Shown here one piece after another: positions 18,893 through 28,383 of a stretch of 64,000 bases of DNA; the stretch's first letter is position 1; each line of letters opens with the position of its first letter. The notes beneath the pieces were generated by a model, which ran no database searches, was not told where the DNA came from, and saw nothing but the letters and a program-made list of their open reading frames with translations. The position numbers and the translations under genes were made by a program. This DNA comes from Candidatus Kapaibacterium sp. GTDB lineage: Bacteria > Bacteroidota > Ignavibacteria > Kapaibacteriales > UBA2268. The DNA lies in contig OZ223198.1 in the NCBI GenBank assembly GCA_965140345.1, positions 327,809 to 391,808 on the forward strand. The letters run 5' to 3'.

Positions 18893-20079
18893 TACTTACC
18901 AGTCTCCATTACTTTGTACAGGGCTTCTTCATATGTCACACTATTTCCTTTGCTTTTTTCTGCAGCCATATAGTCTTTTACTTCTTTGTCCAATACCAAT
19001 GCATCTTCGTCTACTTCATGACCATTATAGTCTTCTAGTGAACCGGCTAGTTCCCTCTTAGCAACTCCCCTAGGAGTTTGTTCATGGTATTTAAATGCAA
19101 CCGGGAAGGATGTAATAAGATCTTTGATTAGTTCAATACCTGATTTTTTGACCTGTGAATCATTTTCCGAGAAAGATATTTCTCCATTCTGGTGTCCCAT
19201 CTCCATTGCTGCAATAAGTAAGTCTTGCTGTGCCGGAACTATTTTTCCTTCTCGAATCAAATCTTTTGCAAAAGAGTTGTATTCTGAAAGCCTGTTCCTT
19301 AATTCTAGTCTGTGTACTTGCTTTTCTAAAGCCAGTACCTCTTCTGATTTGACAGGTGGTTTTTCTTGAAAATCTATTTTGGGAATAAGACTTTCAAATA
19401 TACCTGCCATCTTACCTGCTATTTCCTCCGAGAAATCAGCTTTCACTTGTTTCGTAAGCTCAGCTATTATCTCTTTAGCGTTCATGTTGCCATCCTCTTT
19501 GTTTTTAATTTGATTTTGTATTTCTTCTAAGCGGGTATCGTTTTCAGATTTGTAGTTATTGATTCTACTCTCAATTGCTGTGTTGATAAGAGTTTGCACC
19601 TGTTGCTCGTTTAGAGTGCTTGATTCGTAATCGATGTAATTACCATTATTTTCACTTTCAAAACTTTGCATATTGGCAGGTTCTTCAGAGAAGTCAACAT
19701 CTTCAAGACCTTTTACAGCAGGAGCTGCTGCACCAAGGAAACCGATATGTCTTAAATTATAGTTGCCATCGAGTGATATTGATCTCTTTTTGTAGTGTCC
19801 TGCTTTTACCCATTCAACAAACTGAGGAGTCAGTTGTTTTAGTTTTGCTAGGAGAACATCTCCTTGGCGCTTCAGAGTTTCTACCCAACCAAATGCAGGA
19901 GCATTAGTTTCAGGATGACCAATTACGATTGGAGCCTCATGTTTTTTGTCTTTTGCTTGATTATTATAGTTTTCTACAATTTTATCAAGATCTGAATTTG
20001 TCCATTCTTTCGTATTCCCTGCCGAATCTGTTTGTTTTCCGGAGCGAAAAACTTCAATCCAACTGTTTTTTAATAGCAT
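18892..20079 (-). CDS. prohead protease / scaffold fusion (Mu gpI-like)
   Basis: N-terminal IVIGHPETNAPAFGWVETLKRQGDVLLAKLK...GHYKKRSISL resembles the Mu-like prophage I protease family. The C-terminal half is a charged coiled coil, i.e. scaffold-like. Confidence 0.5.
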   Translation of the reverse strand: MLLKNSWIEVFRSGKQTDSAGNTKEWTNSDLDKIVENYNNQAKDKKHEAPIVIGHPETNAPAFGWVETLKRQGDVLLAKLKQLTPQFVEWVKAGHYKKRSISLDGNYNLRHIGFLGAAAPAVKGLEDVDFSEEPANMQSFESENNGNYIDYESSTLNEQQVQTLINTAIESRINNYKSENDTRLEEIQNQIKNKEDGNMNAKEIIAELTKQVKADFSEEIAGKMAGIFESLIPKIDFQEKPPVKSEEVLALEKQVHRLELRNRLSEYNSFAKDLIREGKIVPAQQDLLIAAMEMGHQNGEISFSENDSQVKKSGIELIKDLITSFPVAFKYHEQTPRGVAKRELAGSLEDYNGHEVDEDALVLDKEVKDYMAAEKSKGNSVTYEEALYKVMETGK

Positions 20080-20267
20080 TGCCCAGTCCTTTTTGTCTTA
20101 CTTTACAGGAAATATATAAAAAGTCACTGTTTGCTTATAAAAAACTGATTATAATTTGATTTAAGAAAAGTCTTAGAGTTTTTTATAAATGCTTTGTTGA
20201 ATTTTGACAGGCAAATTTTGTTAATTCCTTTGATAAAGCCAGTTTTAAGAAACTTTAGGATGGAAGA

Positions 20268-21641
20268 ATGAGTACAAGTTTGCTGGATAACTTTAAAGTT
20301 ATACCTATTTCAAAACTAGTCAAAGCGGATTGGAATTATAAAACAGATGACCCTGTAAAAAAAGAAAAACTCAAAGAGAATATTAAACGAAATGGACAAA
20401 TAGAGAATGTTTTAGTTCGCTTGCTGGATACAGGATTCTACGAGATTGTCAATGGTAATCATCGACAAGATGTATTTGTAGAATTAGGATTCGAGGAAGT
20501 GGTAGCTTTTGATTTTGGGAAAATATCACTCGCAGCTGCACAGAGAATAGCTATTGAAACAAATGAAACTAAGTTTGATTCGGATACTGACAAATTAGCA
20601 AAGCTACTTCAAGAAATAAAACTTGAGTTTAACGAAGAAGATTTAAAGGCAACAATGCCATTTGACGAAGATGAGTTTTCGGAGATGATGTCAAGAGAAA
20701 TAACTGAGATTGATTTTGATCTTGACAACGATAAAGACTATTCAGAGATTGAAGAAGATAATTTTGATGAAGAGCTTCCGGAGAAGCCTAAAACTAAAAC
20801 AGGAGATCTATACGAACTAGGTATACATCGTCTTCTTTGCGGTGACTCTACAGACATCAATGACGTTAATTCTTTAATGGATGGTCAGACAGCCCACCTG
20901 CTTTATACAGATCCACCTTATAATATCGCTTACACTGAATTTAATAAGCTAAGAGGTTCGAGCAGAGAAGAACCAAAAGGAAAAGATTGGGGTGAAGAAT
21001 ATAACTCTTCATGGACTGATTATATGCCTGATGATCAATTCCAAAAATTCTTAATAGACTTCCTTGCATTAGCAAAGAAACATCTTATTCCTTACGGACA
21101 TTACTATGTCTGGCATGCTACAAATTATTACAGAGAAACCTTGAAGGCTTTTGAAGCAAATGAAATTCCTTACGATAAAGTACCAATTATCTGGAAAAAG
21201 AATGTTGCACCTCTTTCATGGGTTCATTATAAACGTATCCATGAGCCATGCATCTTTGGAGGGTTAGGAGCTGTTAACGGAGCTGGTAAAGCGGCAAGAT
21301 GGTTCGGACCAAATAATGAAACTACAGTATGGTGTATTGACAGAGATCCGAATAACAGTTATATCCATCCAACTCAAAAACCTGTAGCTTTGGCAGCCAG
21401 AGCCTTAAAGAATAGTTCGCAGCCTGGTGAAATTGTATTAGATATGTTTGCCGGTTCAGGTACTACTCTTATTTGTTCTGACAAGATGAGTAGAATCTGT
21501 TTTACCATGGAAAAAGAGCCTAAATTCTGTGATATGATTGTCAAAAGATATATAAAGCATTGTAAGGAATCAGATCAGTCCTGTGTAGTAAAAAGGAATG
21601 GTATAGAAATAGAAGAAAGCTTTTTTGAAGAAACTGAATAA
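20268..21641 (+). CDS. ParB-like nuclease domain fused to DNA N6-adenine/N4-cytosine methyltransferase
   Basis: N-terminus with FYEIVNGNHRQD (ParB/Srx fold). C-terminus with DPPY (motif IV) and HPTQKP...FAGSGTT (motif I), a beta-class amino-methyltransferase. Lies directly upstream of the terminase genes. Confidence 0.85.
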   Translation: MSTSLLDNFKVIPISKLVKADWNYKTDDPVKKEKLKENIKRNGQIENVLVRLLDTGFYEIVNGNHRQDVFVELGFEEVVAFDFGKISLAAAQRIAIETNETKFDSDTDKLAKLLQEIKLEFNEEDLKATMPFDEDEFSEMMSREITEIDFDLDNDKDYSEIEEDNFDEELPEKPKTKTGDLYELGIHRLLCGDSTDINDVNSLMDGQTAHLLYTDPPYNIAYTEFNKLRGSSREEPKGKDWGEEYNSSWTDYMPDDQFQKFLIDFLALAKKHLIPYGHYYVWHATNYYRETLKAFEANEIPYDKVPIIWKKNVAPLSWVHYKRIHEPCIFGGLGAVNGAGKAARWFGPNNETTVWCIDRDPNNSYIHPTQKPVALAARALKNSSQPGEIVLDMFAGSGTTLICSDKMSRICFTMEKEPKFCDMIVKRYIKHCKESDQSCVVKRNGIEIEESFFEETE

Positions 21642-22179
21642 ATATCAAATGAAACAAGAAACAATTAAACCTTGGGAAAGACAGCCAAAAGAGAGCATAA
21701 AAGCTTATGAAGCTTTTTGTAGATATAGAGATATGGGATATGGCAGAACACTAAAGAAGGTTGCGGTTGAACTTGGTAAATCGCAACAAAATATGAATAT
21801 GCTGTCTATGAAATGGGATTGGGTCAAAAGGACACAAGCCTGGATAGATGAATTAGAAAAAATAAAAGCTCAAGCTCAAAAGAAAGAAATAGAAGATATG
21901 GTAAAAAGACATTGCCAAGAATCTATGCTCTTTCAAAAGGTACTGACACTTCCTGCAGAGGCACTAATAAAAGAACTGAAGAAAGATCCTGAATCATTTA
22001 GTAAAATTCCTATACCGGCTTTATTTGAAAAAGCTCTTAAATCTGCAAATGTTCTTTCCAGTATCATTGACATAGAACGTAAGTCTCGAGGTGAACCTGA
22101 CTCGATCAGGCAAACAGATGTCACTTCGGGTGGTAAAGAGATTGTTGTAATTAAACCTGTATTCGAAGAAAAGAAATGA
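21625..22179 (+). CDS. terminase small subunit (putative)
   Basis: 184-aa ORF immediately upstream of TerL. HTH-like region (KAYEAFCRYRDMGYGRTLKKVAVELG) typical of small terminases. Confidence 0.5.
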   Translation: MKKLNKYQMKQETIKPWERQPKESIKAYEAFCRYRDMGYGRTLKKVAVELGKSQQNMNMLSMKWDWVKRTQAWIDELEKIKAQAQKKEIEDMVKRHCQESMLFQKVLTLPAEALIKELKKDPESFSKIPIPALFEKALKSANVLSSIIDIERKSRGEPDSIRQTDVTSGGKEIVVIKPVFEEKK

Positions 22180-23480
22180 CATTTGATTTTTCTAATAAAG
22201 ATTTATTTAACCATGTATATTTGCCACTTCTTTCTGACCAAAATCGAATTAATATTTTATATGGAAGTAGAGATAGTGGCAAATCGGATTTCATTGCTCA
22301 AAAGATTATAATATCATTGCTAGAAGAAGAGTTTATGAGACTAATACTTTTGAGGAAATATTATGCATCCATTAAATCTTCACAGTTTCAAACAATAATT
22401 GATTATATAAATATGTGGGGGCTTCAAGAGCATTTCAAATGGAATGTTAGCCCCCTTTTTATAGAGTGTAAACTAAACGGGAATCAGGTCTTAGCAAGAG
22501 GCCTCGATAAACCTGATAATACAAAGTCAATTAAAGACCCTACTGCTATATGGTATGAAGAAGCCGATCAAATAAGTGAAGAAGCCTTTACCGAAGCTTC
22601 TCTTTCTCTTCGATCCTCTCGTGCAGTAAATTTGAAAGAATATATTTCATTTAATCCAAGACGCGAACAATCATGGATAAATAGAAGATTCTTTCCGAAC
22701 AAAGCTAGTTATGAGAATCCTGAAGGAAGATTCCATTTTGTCAAGTCTATTCAACCTAACGTTACTATCCTCCATACGCATTATCGAGATAATAGATTTT
22801 GTTCTCCGGAAAGAGCCCTGAATTTAGAATTACTTCAAAATATAGATGAAAATCTCTATAAAGTTAATGCATTAGGACTTTGGGGAGGAGCTTTAAAAGG
22901 TCTTGTATATACTCATTGGAAGATTACTGATGAGTTTCCAAATGGAGATACTGTATTTGGTTTAGACTATGGTTATAACAATGCTACTGCTTTAGTCGAA
23001 GTTAGATACTGTGATAAAGAGCTATACATCAAACAACATATTTATCAGACAAAACTTACTCATGCTGATGTTATTCATCAAATAAGTAATGAGTTTCGCA
23101 GCATAATAGGAAGCCATCCAATCTATGTAGATTCAGCTGAACCGGCTCTAATCAAGGAGTTAAAGAAAGCAGGATTTATTGCCAAACCTGCGGTGAAAGG
23201 TTCTAATAGTGTATACGAAGGCATTATCAAATGTAAGGAATTAGCCTGGAATATTCATTCTGATTCTATCAATATACTTGAAGAAGTTGAAAGTTATATA
23301 TGGAAACGGGATTCGGATGATAATGCAACTGATCAACCAGTGAAGATTGATGATCATGCTATGGATGCTATTCGGTATGTAGTTCACACTTACGGTACAA
23401 AGTATTGGCTAAGAAGTCAAGGAAAAACAAGTAAGAGATTAAGACAAAAAAGAGAAAGAACATCATTTTCAAATTTTTAG
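22176..23480 (+). CDS. terminase large subunit
   Basis: Walker A-like ILYGSRDSGKS. C-terminal RNaseH-like nuclease motif DDHAMDAIRY. 434 aa. Confidence 0.85.
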   Translation: MTFDFSNKDLFNHVYLPLLSDQNRINILYGSRDSGKSDFIAQKIIISLLEEEFMRLILLRKYYASIKSSQFQTIIDYINMWGLQEHFKWNVSPLFIECKLNGNQVLARGLDKPDNTKSIKDPTAIWYEEADQISEEAFTEASLSLRSSRAVNLKEYISFNPRREQSWINRRFFPNKASYENPEGRFHFVKSIQPNVTILHTHYRDNRFCSPERALNLELLQNIDENLYKVNALGLWGGALKGLVYTHWKITDEFPNGDTVFGLDYGYNNATALVEVRYCDKELYIKQHIYQTKLTHADVIHQISNEFRSIIGSHPIYVDSAEPALIKELKKAGFIAKPAVKGSNSVYEGIIKCKELAWNIHSDSINILEEVESYIWKRDSDDNATDQPVKIDDHAMDAIRYVVHTYGTKYWLRSQGKTSKRLRQKRERTSFSNF

Positions 23481-23489
23481 GATTGAGAT

Positions 23490-24959
23490 ATGAAAGATAG
23501 TCTTAAAGCAATTGCAACTAGAAACAAAGTGTATTTTCAAGCACTTTTTGATGCATTGCCAAATCCCAATAAACTATTAGTTTCCGGAGGAGGAAGAATT
23601 GCCACTGTTGAAGATATCAAACTAGATCCTCATGTATCTAGTTATATACAGTCACGTACTTCGGGTGTAACATCCCAATTATGGGAAGTTCAAAGTACTG
23701 ATGATGACAAGCAAATTTTAGAATTAGTCCAAATGGTATTTGATAATTTGCCTATAAGAAAAATTATTGAAGATATTGTCAATGCACCATTATATGGATA
23801 CCAACCTCTGGAAGTTATGTATGTCGAGCAGGAAGTCAACGGTAAACTTCTAATTTTACCTACAGATGTAGTTGCAAAACCATTTAGCTGGTTTCTTTTT
23901 GATAAAGATAATATTCTCAAGCTTAGGACTCTAGAGAATCAAGAAGGAGAAGACTTACCTCCGATGAAGTTCCTGTGTCCTCAAAACAAAGCTAGTTATA
24001 ATAATCCGTATGGAGAATCAGTTCTTTCAAAATGTTTATGGAGTATCATCTTTAAGAAAGGTGGACTAACCTTTTGGGTTAAATTTACTGAAAAGTTTGG
24101 GATGCCTCATTTTGTTGGTAAGACTGATAAACTAGCTGATAGTGATGATTTTGATGAGTTTGTTGATATGTTAGATGAACTTGTTCAAGATGGCTCTGCT
24201 GTAATTTCTACAGAGGATGAGATTGAAGTACTAAGTGGTGCATCATCAATTTCGGTAAATGTATACAAAGAATTGTTGTCTTTCTGTAATGCAGAAATTT
24301 CAAAAGCAATATTGTCTCAAACACTAACCACTGATATAGGGAATACCGGTAGCTACGCAGCTGCTCAAACTCACGATGCGGTTCGTATGGAAGTAGTTGA
24401 TGCTGACAAGAGTTTGGTTCAAGATACATTTAACTTGCTCATCCGCTGGATAGTTGATATAAACTTTGGCAAAAATATTAAAGCTCCAAAGTTTGTTATT
24501 TACCAGGAAGAAGATGTTGATGCACCTCTTGCGGATGTGGTTCAAAAACTAGCATCTACAAATCAAATTCAATTTACGGAGCAGTTCTTTACTTCCAGGT
24601 TCGGATTTAAAAAAGAAGAGTTCAGAATTGTTAATCCTAAAACTGAGACTAGCAAAACTAATCAACCTGAATACTCTGCTTTTAATGAGAATAATAGTAA
24701 ATTGATTGATCAGATGGTTATTGATAACTTTGTCGACCAGTCTGCAAAAATGAGTAGAAGTACTCTAAATCAGACGACACAATATGTCGTGGATTACCTA
24801 AAAAAGAAGAGTTCACTTAAATCTGCTCTTTCCGGTATAAATAAATTACTTCCAAAAATGGATAGTGAAGATATCGAAACCAAGCTCATCAACATGATGT
24901 TTATGGCTGATGTGATAGGTAGACTTTCAGTTAAAGAGGAGCTTGAGAATGCCAAATAA
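23490..24959 (+). CDS. portal protein (DUF935 / Mu gp29-like)
   Basis: 489 aa, directly after TerL and before the Mu F-like gene. Confidence 0.6.
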   Translation: MKDSLKAIATRNKVYFQALFDALPNPNKLLVSGGGRIATVEDIKLDPHVSSYIQSRTSGVTSQLWEVQSTDDDKQILELVQMVFDNLPIRKIIEDIVNAPLYGYQPLEVMYVEQEVNGKLLILPTDVVAKPFSWFLFDKDNILKLRTLENQEGEDLPPMKFLCPQNKASYNNPYGESVLSKCLWSIIFKKGGLTFWVKFTEKFGMPHFVGKTDKLADSDDFDEFVDMLDELVQDGSAVISTEDEIEVLSGASSISVNVYKELLSFCNAEISKAILSQTLTTDIGNTGSYAAAQTHDAVRMEVVDADKSLVQDTFNLLIRWIVDINFGKNIKAPKFVIYQEEDVDAPLADVVQKLASTNQIQFTEQFFTSRFGFKKEEFRIVNPKTETSKTNQPEYSAFNENNSKLIDQMVIDNFVDQSAKMSRSTLNQTTQYVVDYLKKKSSLKSALSGINKLLPKMDSEDIETKLINMMFMADVIGRLSVKEELENAK

Positions 24960-25653
24960 AAATAAATGGAATCATATTATTCAATGTTTCGGAAAAACTC
25001 CTGAAGAGGCTATAAACTATCTACAATCAAAAGGAATAAAGATCACCTGGGATTGGAAGGAACAACTTGAAGCAATTAAAGAACATGCTTTTACAGTATC
25101 AAAAATTACGTCTGCAGATATACTTGAGTTAGTACATGAAAATCTTGTATCTGCTATTAAAGAAGGTAAAACTAAGACAGAATTTATTGATGAAATAAAA
25201 CCTCAACTCCAATCACAAGGCTTCGCAACAAAAGAAGACGGCAGTAATTGGCGTTTAGATACTATCTTTAGAACAAATCTTCAAAGTGCTTTTATGGCAG
25301 GAAGATTCAAACAAATGACTGAAGTTAAAAACGAATTCCCATATTGGGAGCTCCTTGTTGTTCAAGATGATAGAACTACTGATGGTTGTAGGGATTTAGC
25401 CGGAACTACTTTACATGCTGATGATACTTTTTGGGATACGAATTATCCTCCGAGGCACTATAATTGTCGAGATCGAGTAAGGGCTTTGAATGATGCTCTA
25501 CTCAAAAAATATAACATAAAAATATCTGACTCGGCTAAACTGAAAAATGTACAACCGGCTCAAGAATTCGCACACTCACCGGTTGAAAGTTGGAAGCCAG
25601 ATTTATCTAAATACAATGCTGAACTTCAAAATGTTATTCAGGAGCTTATATAA
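24943..25653 (+). CDS. head morphogenesis protein (Phage_Mu_F / SPP1 gp7 family)
   Basis: The C-terminal WELLVVQDDRTTDGCRDLAGTT...PPRHYNCRDRV matches the Mu F domain consensus (..PplHpnCRC..). Confidence 0.6.
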   Translation: MRMPNKNKWNHIIQCFGKTPEEAINYLQSKGIKITWDWKEQLEAIKEHAFTVSKITSADILELVHENLVSAIKEGKTKTEFIDEIKPQLQSQGFATKEDGSNWRLDTIFRTNLQSAFMAGRFKQMTEVKNEFPYWELLVVQDDRTTDGCRDLAGTTLHADDTFWDTNYPPRHYNCRDRVRALNDALLKKYNIKISDSAKLKNVQPAQEFAHSPVESWKPDLSKYNAELQNVIQELI

Positions 25654-26207
25654 TGGATTCTGGCCTCACCGAACAAATTGAATTAGTATTTGAACAAATA
25701 AAAGATTCACTTACTCACATTGATTATTCACCTCTTTTTGGCTCAATTAGAGAGATAGTTCGCAGCTCCATAGAAGAAAATTTCAAAGTAGGAGGACGCT
25801 ACGGTGATGGATTATTTGGAGGTGGGACTAAGAAATGGGATAAAAGTAAAAGGGCTCTTAAACAAGGAGGTAGTGTACTTCAGGATTCTGGTCAGTTGGC
25901 TGCTTCAATCGAAATAGATATCATCCAAAATGCGGATGGGATATTTATTGAAATAGGTTCCAACAAGCCTTACGCAGCTGCTCACAACTTCGGTTCTAAA
26001 CATTCAGTTCCCGTAACCGATAAATCAAGATCATTTTTTAAAGCTATGTATTTAAAAACAAATGAACCACAGTGGTTAGCTATGGCTCATTCAAAAAAAG
26101 ACAAGTTTGAAATTAATCTCCTTGAGCGTCCTTATCTTGTTCTACAGGATGAGGATATTGAGGAGATTTTGGATCTAATATTAACTTTTTCCCTTCAGCA
26201 TGAATAA
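25653..26207 (+). CDS. virion morphogenesis protein (Mu gpG-like)
   Basis: LQDSGQLAASIEIDI...IEIGSNKPYAAAHNFG matches the phage virion morphogenesis (Mu G) family motif. Its 3' end is overlapped convergently by the next gene. Confidence 0.6.
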   Translation: MDSGLTEQIELVFEQIKDSLTHIDYSPLFGSIREIVRSSIEENFKVGGRYGDGLFGGGTKKWDKSKRALKQGGSVLQDSGQLAASIEIDIIQNADGIFIEIGSNKPYAAAHNFGSKHSVPVTDKSRSFFKAMYLKTNEPQWLAMAHSKKDKFEINLLERPYLVLQDEDIEEILDLILTFSLQHE

Positions 26208-27954
26208 AATTGTCTGGAATTTTTTCATAAATCAATCTCTTTAAAGTTGCTGAAAAAACTTGTTCGTGTGATGTAGAGCTATTTGCTTTTCGAAGAGTAA
26301 AAACTAAATTTATTTTATTGGATGTGTATCCATCTCCGCGTTTATATTGAGCGGTATCCATTTGATGCATAAGTTTTAGTTCAATATCAACTTTTTTTTC
26401 ACCATCTGTAAAATATTTTTCAATATCATTAATTTCTAAAGTGCTTATCTTTAAATCATCTTGATTTTTATTTAAGAACTCAACTTTCACAAAAGTCCAG
26501 TCTCGTTTAATAGAGACTGTGGAAAATTTTAAGTTCAATGTCTCATAACAGAGTACACCATCAACCATTTTTGTGGAAACAACCCACGTTTGTCCTAAAT
26601 TACATGAAACTTGAGGAAATAAACTTATATTATGTACCGATTTCCCTTTTACATAAAATTCTTCACTAGGCATCAATTGACTAGTATCGAATATTATCTT
26701 CCATTCTACTTCAAGTGGTTTATCGTTTTCATGTGTTTGTCCAGATTTATATTTTGCGTCTACAACTATATCATCTCCTTCCCACCTATGATTATAACAT
26801 TTAAACGGTTCTCCAGAAGAAATACATTTAACTTCTTTTATATTTAATTCATCATTATTTATTCTAATACCAGGCAAATTAAATCTTAAAGCAATATCGT
26901 CATGAGTTTCTAGTGCTGGCAGTTTGGTAGTGTTTGCTATTATTTTAGACCTGAAATAATCCTTTACTTTTTGAAATGAAGGCAAAATCTTAAAATTATT
27001 ACCTAATGTTAATTTACTTGTTAAAAGAAAATAAGCATCTGTGTTTTTAAAAATAACATCTCGAACAAAAGATTGGTTGTGCTTGTAAAGTATTGCTATA
27101 TTGTCATCTAAAAAGCTTGGATTTAATACAAAATCTAAACTATTATTAGTAGCAGATTTCCCTTCTGAAGTACTAGCAACATAGTAACCCTCAAATTCCT
27201 TAAACATATATAGCTTTTCTTGTTGTAGTTTTGGGTGAAGCAAATAAAATTTCAACAAATTATAATAATAATTATTAATTCGGTGAGCCTCAGAACCTAT
27301 TTCTTTATAACAATCCAACCTAAATACATTGGAAAGTAAAAAACAAGAAGCATTAGTTTTCTGTTGCTTTGCTTTATTATATTCTCCTATAATTGCATCG
27401 CTAAATAGCTTAACATCTAAATTAAACAAATTGGATAATACATTATCACATTTACTTAATATGTACCTTCCGTCTGACGTAACCAATATGTCTTTTTCGG
27501 TTAAATCCAGATTATCCAATACACCTTTACTATTTATTTTTGTATCTGTAGAACTGATAAATTTATCAATATCTTTCTGGGTATAAATACTTGAAAATAA
27601 AGTCTTAGCATTGAGTTGAATTTTGTGTTGTATAATGTCCGTTTTAAGTCTTGAGAAACTATTTGAGAATGGAATAAAATCACCAAATTCATTTATTTCC
27701 ATGTCTGATGACAAACATGACTTGCAATGATCTTTGAATGTATTATTTATAGTTTCCCCAACAGTTCGTTTACCATAATGAATGCTGTCTTTCGTTGGAA
27801 AGTTGTTTTTTATCTTTGTCTTATGTTCAGAAGTGATATAATCACTAATGTCTTGTTCAGGTACAAGCGGAAGCATCCAACTACAAGAACATATTATGTA
27901 GCTAAGACAGACTATTATTAAATATTTCATTTTCACACCTTTATTACAAATCAA
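26113..27954 (-). CDS. large lipoprotein of unknown function (613 aa), likely moron
   Basis: Signal peptide plus lipobox (MKYLIIVCLSYIICSCS). Very AT-rich. No recognisable domain. Overlaps the end of the gpG-like gene by 95 nt. Confidence 0.5.
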   Translation of the reverse strand: MICNKGVKMKYLIIVCLSYIICSCSWMLPLVPEQDISDYITSEHKTKIKNNFPTKDSIHYGKRTVGETINNTFKDHCKSCLSSDMEINEFGDFIPFSNSFSRLKTDIIQHKIQLNAKTLFSSIYTQKDIDKFISSTDTKINSKGVLDNLDLTEKDILVTSDGRYILSKCDNVLSNLFNLDVKLFSDAIIGEYNKAKQQKTNASCFLLSNVFRLDCYKEIGSEAHRINNYYYNLLKFYLLHPKLQQEKLYMFKEFEGYYVASTSEGKSATNNSLDFVLNPSFLDDNIAILYKHNQSFVRDVIFKNTDAYFLLTSKLTLGNNFKILPSFQKVKDYFRSKIIANTTKLPALETHDDIALRFNLPGIRINNDELNIKEVKCISSGEPFKCYNHRWEGDDIVVDAKYKSGQTHENDKPLEVEWKIIFDTSQLMPSEEFYVKGKSVHNISLFPQVSCNLGQTWVVSTKMVDGVLCYETLNLKFSTVSIKRDWTFVKVEFLNKNQDDLKISTLEINDIEKYFTDGEKKVDIELKLMHQMDTAQYKRGDGYTSNKINLVFTLRKANSSTSHEQVFSATLKRLIYEKIPDNFIHAEGKKLILDPKSPQYPHPVEQDKDAQGD

Positions 27955-28072
27955 ACATAATTATGAAAATAAAATAAATTATATTAATAAACAATAGCAT
28001 TAACTACGTATTATTGAAATAAGTATTTATACTAGATATGGAGGGGGAGGTATCCCCCCATAATTTCAGATA

Positions 28073-28312
28073 CTAAGCTTTTGATATCAAACCTGATTCT
28101 AATAATCCAGTTAAAAATCCCTCGTCAGAAGTCTTTGAAATTATTATTCCAGTTTGAAGTTTAATCCTTTCTGCACTTTTTTGCATAAATTCTTCAGTTG
28201 TTTCCGCTTCACCAAACATAGAATTTTTATTTAAAATTGAGATTGCTTCTTCAGCATTATTGGCCTCAAACTCAAAGCCATCGCTGGTTACATATTTTGT
28301 TTTTTCTATCAT
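28073..28312 (-). CDS. hypothetical protein (79 aa)
   Basis: ORF track; downstream of the amidoligase gene. Confidence 0.35.
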   Translation of the reverse strand: MIEKTKYVTSDGFEFEANNAEEAISILNKNSMFGEAETTEEFMQKSAERIKLQTGIIISKTSDEGFLTGLLESGLISKA

Positions 28313-28383
28313 TGAATATCTCCTTAAGAGTAATATAAATATCTTTACTGAATTATAAAAGAAATCGAGCTTAATAGAAGAGC

